Shown piece by piece: positions 31,001 to 40,995 of a DNA stretch of 64,000 bases. Positions within the stretch are counted from its first letter, which is position 1. Each line of letters begins with the position of its first letter. The DNA is from a candidate division FCPU426 bacterium. GTDB taxonomy: Bacteria; Oederibacteriota; Muellerivitia; Muellerivitales; Muellerivitaceae. The stretch covers positions 256,001 through 320,000 of the forward strand of contig CAWHOE010000006.1 in NCBI GenBank assembly GCA_963830915.1. The letters are read 5' to 3'. The notes under the pieces are model-generated. The model ran no database searches. It was not told where the DNA came from and saw nothing but the letters and a program-made list of their open reading frames with translations. The position numbers and the translations under genes are program-made.

Positions 31001-32727
31001 TCGACCAGTTGGAATGTGATGTTATTCAGTGTTCCTGCGCCGCTCTTCAACCACATTTGAACGCCTGTATAGGAAGTGATATTCGTGGCGTTAGCGGCGT
31101 TGAAAGCCGCCCAGTTCCAACCACCGCCCGCCCAATATCCAGAGGTCCAGACCAAGTTGATGTCCATGCTGTGGGTTGGTGAATGGGAAGTCGTGGTGGT
31201 TTCGGTGATCGTGCTACCGGTGTTGGCCCAGGTTCCGCCTGTCGCCAAATTATGGGTCTCACCATCGTAATTGATCACACTGCAAGGTACCGCTGTTGGC
31301 GTTGGGGTTCCTGTATTGGTGGAAGTGGCTGTGGCAGTGGGAAGAGTGCCGGTGGGCGTGAAAGTCGGTGTGCCGGGCGTGAATGTTTGGAAAGTGATCT
31401 CATTGCGAGTGAAGAGATAATCCATCACTTCACCCGCGGGAGCGAACCATAATTTATTGCTGGCCGCGCCCGCTCCAGGGCCATAAGTATTGTAAAGGTA
31501 GGTCAAGTGGGTCTGCAGAATGTTCGCGTTGGTGGTATAAGCCGAGGGAGAGGTAGAGCCGGAGAGGACCTGATGGAATACCTCGACGTTCCAGCAGGGT
31601 TGGGTCACGCTGGCGGCGGACGCAGTAACGGCTTGGGCGTTCAACTGGGTGACCGTCACGGGGTAGTCGTCGGCGTTACGACCGATGGTCAACGCTTGAC
31701 TGAGACTTGGGTAAGGGGGCGCGACAAAGTTCACGAACCCATCATTGTTCGGCATTCCAGTATTCCCATAATTCCCCTCGCCCGAGAGGATAAAGGTCGT
31801 TGGAAAGGTGGGCGCTCCACAGGCCATGACATCTCCGCTGTCCTCATAAGGATAGATCAAATGGCAGACGTGATAACCGATCTGGGTCACACCGCCCCAA
31901 TAGGTCATGGTCACCGGATTGAATTCCTGGACGAACCCTGGCTCGAAAGTAGAGTTGATCGTCGCCCCGAATTGGTTGTTCCCCAGTTCGGTCGCGGCGT
32001 CGGCGCAGCTAAGATTGCAAAGATGGTCCCAGGTCTCGCTATAAATGCTCCATCCGTATTGGGTAGCGAGGGACTGAAGCTGTGACCAGCTCATGTTCCA
32101 ACTGCCGGGAAGCCCAGAGGTGGCGGGGGCGAAACTTCCTCCAGGAGAACACGCAGCATTCGTAACCCCTATCCCATTCACGGCCGCGCCAATGGCCGTG
32201 GTACCAGCCTTCCAGGTCGTCCCATCGGAGGCGATAAAGGAATTCAAAACCGGCAGGGCGTATTCATAGACCCCCTCGTCCCCGTTATCGAAAGTCATGG
32301 AATTGGCCCATTTGTAATTGTCGAATAAGGTCGCGGGACTGGCTAAACCGGTTCCCCCCGATGTCCAACCGTAAGCGGTCGCCACGACCGTGACCGGTAG
32401 GAATGAGGTGGTGAAATCAGATTGATTTGAGCGATGGGTCGTGACATTGAAAGTCACGGTCGCCGCGCCATCATAAGTTGAGGAAACAGGAGACCCATTG
32501 GCTGTGACAGTAACTGAAGTACAGGCCCCGACGCTCATGTTCAGGGTGACTTTAGGGTCGTTTACGAGATAAGTGACTGGGGAATAATTAACAATAAGTC
32601 CATATTGCTGGGTGGCCGCTTGGACCGTTCTCGCGAAAGAGAAGAAAAACATTGATAGACTTAAAAGTGTAACGGCAATCGCTGATAACGATTTTTGAGC
32701 GAGCCCTCGTTGTTGATTATTGTTCAT
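27814..32727 (-). CDS. Secreted multimodular protein: degenerate CE4-like domain, CBM-like, ~470 aa unknown domain, Thr stalk, beta-sandwich domain, conserved tail
   Basis: [30 protein letters not shown]-like [21 protein letters not shown] 32727 with purine-rich RBS (ORF open from TTG 32742). Confidence 0.8.
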   Translation of the reverse strand: MNNNQQRGLAQKSLSAIAVTLLSLSMFFFSFARTVQAATQQYGLIVNYSPVTYLVNDPKVTLNMSVGACTSVTVTANGSPVSSTYDGAATVTFNVTTHRSNQSDFTTSFLPVTVVATAYGWTSGGTGLASPATLFDNYKWANSMTFDNGDEGVYEYALPVLNSFIASDGTTWKAGTTAIGAAVNGIGVTNAACSPGGSFAPATSGLPGSWNMSWSQLQSLATQYGWSIYSETWDHLCNLSCADAATELGNNQFGATINSTFEPGFVQEFNPVTMTYWGGVTQIGYHVCHLIYPYEDSGDVMACGAPTFPTTFILSGEGNYGNTGMPNNDGFVNFVAPPYPSLSQALTIGRNADDYPVTVTQLNAQAVTASAASVTQPCWNVEVFHQVLSGSTSPSAYTTNANILQTHLTYLYNTYGPGAGAASNKLWFAPAGEVMDYLFTRNEITFQTFTPGTPTFTPTGTLPTATATSTNTGTPTPTAVPCSVINYDGETHNLATGGTWANTGSTITETTTTSHSPTHSMDINLVWTSGYWAGGGWNWAAFNAANATNITSYTGVQMWLKSGAGTLNNITFQLVDSAGVTSAAVNASTYLPGGITTTWQQVTIPMSAFSGTYNTASVWMLNFSDGGTAAGNDTLYIDDFAFQLNCGATNTPTLTPTYTPTFNGPTYTPTATTVAGCLSAIQYTQGIAANGHNATDTVQWTDASGNLRSVWLVQPIDVNTVGTQNGGYITRMAWMDGSTPVTCNEDGPADTVSGWGHLIDHSDYLGVYTWANSRTEGYNGAKQVVYQGANAMLMRYTFNMYVDPNDHARGAWACTVDYVFRNGRNDILWAATWDSSSQPSGTFTNDTRSPYCDFDWMGSGTVNTSPSGIEMGADYKFISTDTPGTAMSASTAYTFNTANSPVSIPYCSMYNDASLPSYSDREIGFIQTETQAQHPGGGGYGITPPTSGSALPPSASTGLLYQMNSFQNYAGERVTWQMPYAVFQTSYQNYEYTGSWVGYPYQSYSVQMMLDKRSSVGVTRLVTEQQIIHGGASLTASVGTIPSSGPQGPGAVTLTKAWSPAGYNPVWDQWTVTCAANAANVTLTLPSGSLLNPTFAFTNYTATTVPCVMKNGTVLSSGCDFLPTLDTVNHVLYMTFNSSFSGTTNIIVGCSSNTPTFTPTPTITMTATSSSTSTPSRTSTATYTPSPTATATSSPTATVTNTPMYSYTPTNTATITDTATLTLSPTLTATPTNSATATDTPTMTYTASPTNSSTYTNTATSTYSPTLTFSPTVTMTATNTATLTNSPTPTNTPTQTYSPTQTMTPTMTLSPTLTFTPTNTATATDSSTPTQTATMTYTNTDTMTATLTFTPTLTFTSTNTWTFTNTPTFTWTSTPTFTPVTGQGSEGPAAPPANIAVLSGSAGVSIDEPKITNPSPNSFTMTSLTVTESGSSSTGISSIVLLKNGVPITSATFSGNTATFNFSDIIAANGGSAVYDIEATFSSSAVGSYSFNVTGAAGTNGEAVNFVGFPIAGTQVVVSEATSTPTLSPTPTLSPTLTPTQTPVPELVPVIYPNPADGTMPVRVRPPAYFGVSDVNVKIFTIAFRKVQENTYHQILNGTDVPLNLTDKWGKPLASGLYYVAVQTYRGRTIGKLLILR
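28585..29270 (-). repeat. Thr/Ser-alternating stalk 2 (~230 aa)
   Basis: (T-x)n pattern; boundaries approximate. Confidence 0.9.
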
Positions 32728-32809
32728 AGCCTTCCCCCTCAATACTTCTAGATGATGAGAAGATACATCCGAGGAGTAGGCTGCTTGTTATGTCTTATAT
32801 CTATTATTG

Positions 32810-34621
32810 TTAGTTTTTGTGCTTATCGTTTCCCCTATATTTACCTGGGGATTTGCCCACTTTCTTCTTAAAGATCTGCAGAAAATAGTTGGTGGATTGG
32901 AATCCACAAGCCTCCGAAACATGGCTTAAGGGGAGATGGGTGGAAAGTAACATTCGCTTGGATTTTTCAAGCCTTTGGGCCAGGAGGTAATCAGAGAAGG
33001 GTTGGCCCGCGAAGGCGGAAAACTCCCTTGAAAATGCCGTGGTCGAGAACCCGAATTGACGGGCGACTGCCGGAAGGCTCCATGTTCTTTCCAGGGAAGA
33101 CAGGATCATTTCCTGAGCCTTACGCAGGCGGATCATCTTTTCACCGGCCGCGGGACGGTCGATGAACGGGGTGAGTTTCTCGAAGGACCTTTCGAACCTC
33201 TCCACCATCTCATTGAGGCTAGGCGCCGATTCCAACTCTTCCTCGATCCCGGATTCCAGATCGTCCATCATGACCGGTTCGATGGTCTGGCGTTTTTCCA
33301 ATGTCTCCATCAACCGGTGGAGGGCCTCCAGGAAGTACCGGCGGGTCGCTTCCCCTTTTCCACGGGTTCCCATCAGGACTTTTTCCACAAAACGCCGGCG
33401 GTGGATCGCGGTCCGAAGATTGCCCTCCTCGACCAGGGTTTGGACCAATTCAGCGGGAGCTTTCCGCAGGAAAAATTCCCTTTCCTGTTTGCCCGGCAGG
33501 TCCCCAAAGAAAACCAACGGCTGGGAAGATGTCTCCGCCAGGTGAAGGGCCGCTACCGCCTCATGATAGGAGTCCACCAGATCCAGTCCTCGCGGATCTA
33601 TGCTGCCGATCCCGACCAACAGGTTCCCTTTATGTTCCTTCAGCAGGCCCTTGACGAAACGTTCGACCTTATCTTTGATCTCCAATTTTGCCTGGGACGG
33701 CGCCAGCTCCGGCGTGGTAGATGTCAACAAGAGCGCCCCGTAATGTTCCAGCGGATAAGCGAGGGTTTCTTCCAGACCCTTCGCGACGAAGAACGCTTCC
33801 CGTTGAAGCTCGGCGGCCGCGAACAGGTCCGAGAGTTCGCTATTCGTTCCTTTTCTTTTGATCGCGAGCACTACCGAGGGGAACCGGTCGATGCCCAGGA
33901 CTTCCTTTTCCCAATCCATCAATTTTCCCTTGAACTCGGGAAATCGGAAAAACTTCTTATGAAGAGCTACCGATTCCACCCAATGATGATGCCAAAGACG
34001 GCGGGCAAAAACCGTCCTCCGCAGGAATGTCATCCTTTCATGGGCGAATTTCCAGTCCGCTGAGCCGCCCAGGACCCCTGCGAACAAAACCATGACCTCT
34101 TGTACCGCTTTGAGAACGATCGGATCCAGCACGGGGGTTTCCAGCACTGTCCGGATATACTCGGTAAAATCCTTATCTTGTGCTTTGGGACGCCGCCCGG
34201 TCAGACTTTTCCATTGTTCCGTCAGGTCGGCCTCGGTAGGAAGGAACTTCAAAAAGACACCGCACTGCAGGACAGCGGTGCAGCGTCCTCCCTCCAATAC
34301 CGGGACAAAGATGCCCCATAGGCCCTGATGGGCCAATACCAAGGGTTTGCATTCTTTCGCGACTCGGCGCAAGGCCATACCGTTGTAGCGGACCCTGCTT
34401 TCCCAGTTCTCCTGGGTGAATTCGTAATCTACCGGCGTGGACTTGGAACGTACATTGGTGATGACATACCAGGTCTCGGGCTGGTTCGCGGGGATGAGAT
34501 GGCACGGAAGATCGAGGAAATAGTTGAAGATATCGTGGAAAATATTATGCGGCAGGAATTTGCTTTCCCAGTGGGAAGACAGGATTTCTTCGGGTTTCAC
34601 CGAGTCTTTCGAGGGAGTCAT
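32810..34621 (-). CDS. AraC-family transcriptional regulator with large N-terminal sensor region
   Basis: C-terminal WSLPAVARQFGFS..FSREF..RLEKSKRML..VSEACGFQSTNYF..FKK.VG.SP..YR; middle GIGS..SYHEA (YesN/CdaR-like). Confidence 0.9.
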   Translation of the reverse strand: MTPSKDSVKPEEILSSHWESKFLPHNIFHDIFNYFLDLPCHLIPANQPETWYVITNVRSKSTPVDYEFTQENWESRVRYNGMALRRVAKECKPLVLAHQGLWGIFVPVLEGGRCTAVLQCGVFLKFLPTEADLTEQWKSLTGRRPKAQDKDFTEYIRTVLETPVLDPIVLKAVQEVMVLFAGVLGGSADWKFAHERMTFLRRTVFARRLWHHHWVESVALHKKFFRFPEFKGKLMDWEKEVLGIDRFPSVVLAIKRKGTNSELSDLFAAAELQREAFFVAKGLEETLAYPLEHYGALLLTSTTPELAPSQAKLEIKDKVERFVKGLLKEHKGNLLVGIGSIDPRGLDLVDSYHEAVAALHLAETSSQPLVFFGDLPGKQEREFFLRKAPAELVQTLVEEGNLRTAIHRRRFVEKVLMGTRGKGEATRRYFLEALHRLMETLEKRQTIEPVMMDDLESGIEEELESAPSLNEMVERFERSFEKLTPFIDRPAAGEKMIRLRKAQEMILSSLERTWSLPAVARQFGFSTTAFSREFSAFAGQPFSDYLLAQRLEKSKRMLLSTHLPLSHVSEACGFQSTNYFLQIFKKKVGKSPGKYRGNDKHKN

Positions 34622-34708
34622 ACCATTAGCCTATCATGATGAAACAGGCCTGCCAAATTCCTTGTTATTCAAAAGCATTTCCACATTTTTGATTTCCCAT
34701 TGTAAAGT

Positions 34709-34978
34709 TCAACGTAAGATCAGAAACTTCCCGATCGACCTTCCTTGGGTCGTCTGGACGACCACGTAATAAAGCCCGCTGGCGAGCGGCATGCCCCACT
34801 TGTCTGTCAGGTTCAAGGGTACATCCGTTCCATCGGGTATCTGGTGGTAGGTGTTTTCCTGCACTTTTCTAAAAGCTAACGTGAAGAGTTTCACTTTTAC
34901 ATCCGAGACCCCGAAATAAGCCGGGGGCCTGATCCGAACCGGCGCTGTCCCGTCCGCCGGATTGGGATATATGACCGG
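34709..34978 (-). repeat. Conserved C-terminal domain, copy 3
   Basis: [47 protein letters not shown]. Confidence 0.95.
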
Positions 34979-37900
34979 CACGGCCATAGGCACGGGTGTC
35001 AGCGTCGAAGAGAGGGTGATGGTGGAGGTTGGGGTGAAGGTATAGCTTTGGGTTGGGGTATTTGTTGGAACACCGGTAAAAGTGTTCGAGGGAGTGAAGG
35101 TGTAGGTCCAGGTATTGGTGGGCGTATAGGTCTTAGTGGGAGTGGAAGTCACCGTGAAAGTATAAGTAAAGGTCAGAGTATAAGTGATCGTCGCGGTATT
35201 CGTGGGTGTGAAGGAACTAGTGCACGTGTTCGAATGGGTAGGGGAGAAAGTCATTGTCGGGGTAAAAGTGGCGGTCTGGGTGGCTGTATTGGTCGCTGTC
35301 CAAGTCCTTGTAGCGGTCGAGGTGGATGTTACGGTATCGGTGATGGACGCGGTATTGGTAGGGGTAAATGTTAATGTCGAGGAATTGGTCGAGGTCGGAG
35401 TGAGAGAATAGGTCGGGGTATTGGTGATGGTCATTGTATTGGTAGCCGTAAAGGTGTCGGTAAATGACGGCGTACTGGTAACGGTAAAGGAATAGGTTGA
35501 TGTCATGCTCGCTGTGGGCGACAAGGTATAGCTGGGTGTATAGGTGATGGTTAGTGTGTTCGTGGGAGTGTAGCTGTTCACGGGAGTGTTAGTAATGGTC
35601 GATGTGGCGCTGTTGGTGGCGGTAAGCGTCTGGGTAACCGTAGGCGAGAAAGTGGGTGTCCCAGTTGATGTAGAGGACGCTGTCGAGGTCTGTGAAGCCG
35701 TCCAACTTAGGGTAGGTGTTGGGCTAATGGTATTGGAGGGTGTCGCGCTCGCGCTTGACGTGGCGGAAGCCGTTGGGGTAGGAGTCGGCGTCGAGCTGAC
35801 CACCCTGACGTAATCCATCAGTATGTTACAGGTGACCGGCTGGCTTCCCGATTGGTGCCAGAGCTCAAAATCGACCTGGGTCACATTGTTGAAGACCACC
35901 CCGGTCACGGGGTTGCCGCCGGTTTGCCAGTCGGCGGAAGTGGGAGATATATCGGCGTAAACCGTGGTCCAGGTCCCTGGCGCGGACCAATTATTCTGGA
36001 TGGCGCCCTGGACCTGCTCATACCGGGTGCCGTTGTTGTAGAGGATGAACTTGACCTGGATCCCATAGACACCGGCGGGGGCTAACACGTCGCAGGCCAG
36101 TTTGGATTGGCCCGTCCAATTGTAAGGGGTTCCCTGGGTGGTATTGAGGCCCGCGTTGCCCCAGTTGGTCGAGGAGAAACTGACCGGGACGCTCAGGGAA
36201 TAACTGCCGTCGGTGGAGGTGCTATTGGTCGTACTCAAAGCCCCGTTGTTGCCGCCATAACCGGCGGAAGTGTAGCCGTTGGTTCCTGTCTCGAAACTGT
36301 AAACGGCCGTTCCGTTGATGGGCGTGTCCACATAGGGCGTGAGAGACCCGGTAAAACCCCAGCTGACGGCGCTGTTGCGCACGATCTGCGCTTCCCAATC
36401 GGTATGGGGGAAAATATCGAAGGACCCTCCCGGCCCCCAGTTCCAAACGATGACCACGGGAACCGCGGAAGTGAACGCCGTTTGGTAAGCGTAATTTAGG
36501 TAATTCTGCACCATGGTCTGGGGCCAGGAATCCCTGTTGATCCCGAATTCCTCCACCATGAAGGGTTTGGGAAGACCGTCGGCGAAGGCCTTATAGGTGG
36601 GCAGATTGACCCATTCCCCCTGATTGGTGGCGGGAGTGGTGGATGACCAATCGGGATAGATGTGGATGGCCGCGTAATCGATATGGGGATAGGACCAGAT
36701 GGTCTGCCAGTAAGGTTTTCCGTAAGGGTCCAGGGGAACGCCATCCGACAGGTGAAGCAATCCCCCGCCGCTCACCAGATGAGTGGTGTCGTCCGCCTTG
36801 AGCCGGTCGGCCACGTGGAATTCCAGGTTTTCGATCAAGGACACGGGACGGCTGTCATCCGTGCAGGCGTTGAAGGGCGTGTTATAGCCGAATGGGACCG
36901 GCTCCCCCACGATAGAATAGGAAAAGATAACCGGATCGTTCTTGTAGGTCACGCCTGTATAGACGTTGACCCGGGAGGTGACAAAATCCACGAACTGGTC
37001 CCAATAGGTATAGTTGGTGGGGTCATAAGCGTCCAGGCAATTGGCCTTGAAGACCTCGTAGGCGGTGCTCAGGTCCAGTAGCACTTTCAAACCCTGGTCC
37101 TTGCAGTTCTTGATCATCCAGTCGACCGTTTCCCATTGGGCCTCGTTGGACAATTGGGTCATGCTGGCGCTCAACCCCTGCAAGTAATCGGTGGGACGGA
37201 TGACGACCAGTCCATTGGCCTTGGCCCTCATGATCACCCGGTAGGTATAGGCCTGATCGCCGCTGAAGAACGGATAGACCGTGGCCCCGATATCCTTGAG
37301 CGGACCGCCGTTGAGCATGAACTTGTTGCCGGAAGCCGTAACGAAATTGGTCGGTATCGCCGTGGCTGTGGACGTATTGGAAGGACTAGGCGTGGCAGTG
37401 ACCGTGGGAGAAAGGGTGGGGGTCGGGGTCCAGGTGATCGTGGGCGTGTAGGTAGACGTGAAACAGGGAGCGGCGGCCTGCTGGTAGGTGTTGTAATTAT
37501 TGTAAAGGGTGGTGGGGGCCGCCCCGTTGGAAGGTTCCATATCGGCCCACTCGAACTGGACCAGGCTGGAGGTAAAGCTTCCATCCACCCAAAGCTGTGA
37601 CTTTAGGGTATTGATATCCGTCGGTACCGAGGCGAAGGCCGAGCCATCCACCGGGCAGCCGTGGGTCTGGTGGAAGGATTCCACCGTGGCCCCAAAAGTC
37701 TTGCCATGGGCGGTGCAGGCATTGGCCAGGGCCTGGAAATAATTGGGTACGTCCACGTCCACATTCAGAGCCGAGCCTACCCCGTCCTGCGCCAGCACCC
37801 CGTTCAAACTAGTGACTGTCGTGAAGAAATTGTTCCACCAGGTTTGGTAAACGTCCGCCGGCACACTGGGCCCAAAAAAGGGCGCGATGATGACGGGCAA

Positions 37901-40525
37901 ACTGGCGGACTTGCCTTTGCAATAGGCCGCCACGCTCTGTTCCCAGTTGGCCAGCAGGGTCTGGGGTCCCGCGGCCTGCCACTGGAGGTCGTCGATCTCT
38001 TGCGGGATATACCACCCGCCGAACGCCGGGTTGGCCCCATACCGGGTCCAAAGCTCGTCGATGACCTGTTGGTCCTTGGCCAATAGACCGCTGTAGGTGG
38101 CGGCCTGGGTTTTGTCCGCCGTGTTCCAGCTGTCGGAAAAGAAGAGACCCACCACCACCTTCAGGCCGTTGGTCTGGGCCGCATTCATGATGTAATCGAT
38201 GGTCGGATAACTGCTGGTCACCCACCCAAGGGAAGAGGGATACCAGGCCACGTATTGGGTGCCCCCCGTGTCGGACCAGATGCCGTATTGGACGTAGATA
38301 GTGTTCTGGCATTGTGCCTTCATCCTCGCGGCCTCGGTGTTCCACTGGGTCTGGGTCCAAGTCCCGCAATTACAGCCGGCGGTATTCCAAAGCTGGAACC
38401 AGGAACCGGAAAGGATGGAGTTGTTCGTGGGCTGGGTATACAGGGTCAACTGTCTCAGATCGTCCAGGTGGATGGTATTGGCCACCGCGGTGGATCCGGT
38501 AGAGACCGCCCGGGCCGACCACTTGCCGATGCGGTTCAAGGCAATAGCTCCACTTCGGGTACCGGAAAAAAGCTGGAAGGCGGTATAGGGCATGACCACC
38601 TTCGTCCAATTTCCGGAAGAAAGCACGGTCGTATTGTCGCAATACCAGACATCATCCTGGGAGGAACTGAAACTTCCGTCCATGTTATGGTCCTCAAAAA
38701 GCATGAAACGAAAGGTCTCGGTGGAGCCGGCGGTTCCCTGCACCCAGATGGAGAGTCCGTAGGGCTGGAAAGATAGGTCCTGGGTCTTGGTCGTATAATT
38801 TTTAAGCGCTTCGGCGAAATTTCCCGCGCCAGCGTTCAGGTTGTAGCTGATCTTCAGGCTGGCTCCCCCTTCCTGGTAGTCGGTGGTATCGATGCTGGAC
38901 GTTTCGGTTCCGCCATAGGCGTCGATATAAAGGGCGATATCGCAAGGTGGCGTCAAGGAGTTGAAGCTCTCCAACTGCTTCTCAGCGTTCCAGGTGGCGG
39001 TAGCCGTTGGGGTCGGCGTGTAGGTGAAGGTGGGGGTAGGAAGCGAACAGCTGTCGGTCGGCGAGGGGGTTTGCGTCATAGCGACGGTTTGAAATGTCAC
39101 GTCCGAGGTGGTCGTATTCAACAAGTACACGTTCGAAAAACCGCCTGGAGTCGCGTCGATTGTGAAATTGGTGAAGGTCACTCCCTGCAGGGGTACGGAT
39201 GCGTTGTAACTCATGAGATTCCCCAGGTAAAGTTGGGGACCTGAAACTTGAGCCAAGTTGGTGACATCGATATTCTGCACGATCCCGTCGGCGACCGGGT
39301 CATAGACCCAGGTACAGGCCGCGTTGAACTCGAACAATCGGCCCGCCGGGTCCTCCACCCTGTTATTCCAATAATGGATGTTCTGGACCAGCGAGTCTCC
39401 CCCGTCGTGGATCCCCAAGGCGGCGAAGATGGGCATGGCCACCGGGGGGCCAGGCACATTGATGAAATCGTTGTTCTGGACCGTCACGGCCTGGATGGGG
39501 TCGGAAGCCCCTGAAAAGATCTCCGCTCCAATCTCGACCCCTCGGGCCCAGGTCGGGTCGAGCACGTTATCGTGAATAAAAACGTTCTGGCTCGAAGGGG
39601 CCATGCAAGTGATGGAACCGTCGGAGCAATTCATCTGCCGGGCCTTGATGGCGATGGCGTCGTCATCGGTGTAAAAGAAGCTGTTCTTCACTTCCACCTG
39701 TTTGGTGGAAACCAGATCTAATCCGTCACACCCGTTCCCGTTCTGGGCCAGGACCTTGTAATTGCTCACCATCACGTTCGTGCATCCCCAGAAGACGCTA
39801 GTCCATGCGTTCGGCTGCCCGTCGGCGAAAATAAGGTCCTGAAGAGTGACCGCGTTGGCGTTCGTAGCCAGGCACATGGAACCGGTGAGCCAAGTATTGG
39901 CCAATCCATTCCCGCTCAATATCCCCCGGCCTCGGATACAAACATTGCTCGCCCCGTCCTGTACCCGCACCTGTCCGTAAACAAAAGCCCCGCCTGCCAG
40001 ATAAAGAATTTGGTTGCTGGCGACCGTGATGGGATTGGAGACCGTGTAAAGCCCCGGGGCGTAATAGATCACGTTGGGCCCGCCCGAACTGGGCGCCCCC
40101 GATTCAGGAGGGTTGACGAACAGTAGAAGGGGTTTATTCATCCCGTTGAACTCAAGCTGGATCGATCGGGGAGTGCCCAAGGTGAAGGTGACGGTATTGC
40201 CGGCGAAGGTCGGGTTTAAGTTTGCGGATTTAGGCCGAAGGACAAAACTGGGAAACCCATAGGAGGAATAGACCTGGATGGTCACACAACTACCCATATC
40301 GAAAGTGGCATAGTCCGCGTCCGCGCCCGTCATCTGCCCGTCGTAAACCGGTACCGGACTGCCATTGACCGTCACTGCGTAATCCGAAGCTAGCGGCGCC
40401 CCCGATGGTGCGGGGTAAATGGTCACCTGACCCAAGGCCCCTGACACGACGACACAAAAGATCAGAGGCAAGGTTGCAATAAAACATTTTATGTTTTTCT
40501 CGAATGGGAAAAACGTTTTAAACAT
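34709..40525 (-). CDS. Secreted multimodular CAZyme: GH28-like beta-helix, CBM11-like, DUF4434, GH5 (mannanase-like), CBM-like, Thr stalk, conserved tail
   Basis: YLAGGA.V.G, IRGRGILSG, DGLD, DDDAIAIK; GSWFQL..GWYIPQEID; YTGVTYKNDP, AIHIYP, KPFMVEEFG. Confidence 0.85.
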   Translation of the reverse strand: MFKTFFPFEKNIKCFIATLPLIFCVVVSGALGQVTIYPAPSGAPLASDYAVTVNGSPVPVYDGQMTGADADYATFDMGSCVTIQVYSSYGFPSFVLRPKSANLNPTFAGNTVTFTLGTPRSIQLEFNGMNKPLLLFVNPPESGAPSSGGPNVIYYAPGLYTVSNPITVASNQILYLAGGAFVYGQVRVQDGASNVCIRGRGILSGNGLANTWLTGSMCLATNANAVTLQDLIFADGQPNAWTSVFWGCTNVMVSNYKVLAQNGNGCDGLDLVSTKQVEVKNSFFYTDDDAIAIKARQMNCSDGSITCMAPSSQNVFIHDNVLDPTWARGVEIGAEIFSGASDPIQAVTVQNNDFINVPGPPVAMPIFAALGIHDGGDSLVQNIHYWNNRVEDPAGRLFEFNAACTWVYDPVADGIVQNIDVTNLAQVSGPQLYLGNLMSYNASVPLQGVTFTNFTIDATPGGFSNVYLLNTTTSDVTFQTVAMTQTPSPTDSCSLPTPTFTYTPTPTATATWNAEKQLESFNSLTPPCDIALYIDAYGGTETSSIDTTDYQEGGASLKISYNLNAGAGNFAEALKNYTTKTQDLSFQPYGLSIWVQGTAGSTETFRFMLFEDHNMDGSFSSSQDDVWYCDNTTVLSSGNWTKVVMPYTAFQLFSGTRSGAIALNRIGKWSARAVSTGSTAVANTIHLDDLRQLTLYTQPTNNSILSGSWFQLWNTAGCNCGTWTQTQWNTEAARMKAQCQNTIYVQYGIWSDTGGTQYVAWYPSSLGWVTSSYPTIDYIMNAAQTNGLKVVVGLFFSDSWNTADKTQAATYSGLLAKDQQVIDELWTRYGANPAFGGWYIPQEIDDLQWQAAGPQTLLANWEQSVAAYCKGKSASLPVIIAPFFGPSVPADVYQTWWNNFFTTVTSLNGVLAQDGVGSALNVDVDVPNYFQALANACTAHGKTFGATVESFHQTHGCPVDGSAFASVPTDINTLKSQLWVDGSFTSSLVQFEWADMEPSNGAAPTTLYNNYNTYQQAAAPCFTSTYTPTITWTPTPTLSPTVTATPSPSNTSTATAIPTNFVTASGNKFMLNGGPLKDIGATVYPFFSGDQAYTYRVIMRAKANGLVVIRPTDYLQGLSASMTQLSNEAQWETVDWMIKNCKDQGLKVLLDLSTAYEVFKANCLDAYDPTNYTYWDQFVDFVTSRVNVYTGVTYKNDPVIFSYSIVGEPVPFGYNTPFNACTDDSRPVSLIENLEFHVADRLKADDTTHLVSGGGLLHLSDGVPLDPYGKPYWQTIWSYPHIDYAAIHIYPDWSSTTPATNQGEWVNLPTYKAFADGLPKPFMVEEFGINRDSWPQTMVQNYLNYAYQTAFTSAVPVVIVWNWGPGGSFDIFPHTDWEAQIVRNSAVSWGFTGSLTPYVDTPINGTAVYSFETGTNGYTSAGYGGNNGALSTTNSTSTDGSYSLSVPVSFSSTNWGNAGLNTTQGTPYNWTGQSKLACDVLAPAGVYGIQVKFILYNNGTRYEQVQGAIQNNWSAPGTWTTVYADISPTSADWQTGGNPVTGVVFNNVTQVDFELWHQSGSQPVTCNILMDYVRVVSSTPTPTPTASATSSASATPSNTISPTPTLSWTASQTSTASSTSTGTPTFSPTVTQTLTATNSATSTITNTPVNSYTPTNTLTITYTPSYTLSPTASMTSTYSFTVTSTPSFTDTFTATNTMTITNTPTYSLTPTSTNSSTLTFTPTNTASITDTVTSTSTATRTWTATNTATQTATFTPTMTFSPTHSNTCTSSFTPTNTATITYTLTFTYTFTVTSTPTKTYTPTNTWTYTFTPSNTFTGVPTNTPTQSYTFTPTSTITLSSTLTPVPMAVPVIYPNPADGTAPVRIRPPAYFGVSDVKVKLFTLAFRKVQENTYHQIPDGTDVPLNLTDKWGMPLASGLYYVVVQTTQGRSIGKFLILR
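34995..35797 (-). repeat. Thr/Ser-alternating stalk 3 (~265 aa)
   Basis: (T-x)n pattern; boundaries approximate. Confidence 0.9.
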
Positions 40526-40554
40526 AATGGTTGAACACCTTATAAAAACGTTTT
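40510..40554. promoter_or_regulatory. Tandem AAAACGTTTT palindromes at the CAZyme 3 start
   Basis: AAAACGTTTT at 40510-40519 and 40545-40554, flanking ATG 40525. Confidence 0.5.
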
Positions 40555-40725
40555 AAGCAGAAACACTAAAATAACACCCTCAACTACTCTGAAACCCTGA
40601 AATAAAACTGAGTCCAACTTTTTCAGAAGTTAGAACCGATGCCTTATTTTACCGCAGAGAAAGGAAAAAAGATTTTATTTGGGAATGAAGCTGATTTTAC
40701 AAAGAAAAAGACGATTTGGCTGATC

Positions 40726-40995
40726 CTATCGAAGGATCAAGAATTTCGCGATGGTCCGTCCCTGGGATGTGTTTACGACCACATAGTACAACCCGCTGGC
40801 AAGCGGCTTACCCCATTTGTCCATCAGGCTGATGGGAACATCCACGCCGGCCGGTACCTGCGGATAAGTGTTGTCCTGCACTTTTCGGAATGCCAGGGTG
40901 AATATCCGTACTTTCACGTCCGAAAACCCAAGATAAGCGGGAGGCCTGAGGCGCACCGGCTCAGTCCCATCCGCAGGGTTGGGATAGACCACAGG
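40726..40995 (-). repeat. Conserved C-terminal domain, copy 4
   Basis: [47 protein letters not shown]. Confidence 0.95.

Noticed and set aside
22005..40995. Similar 3' tails as DGR template/variable repeats or IS ends
   Set aside because: All copies are in-frame coding, differences are not adenine-restricted, and no reverse transcriptase or transposase is present.
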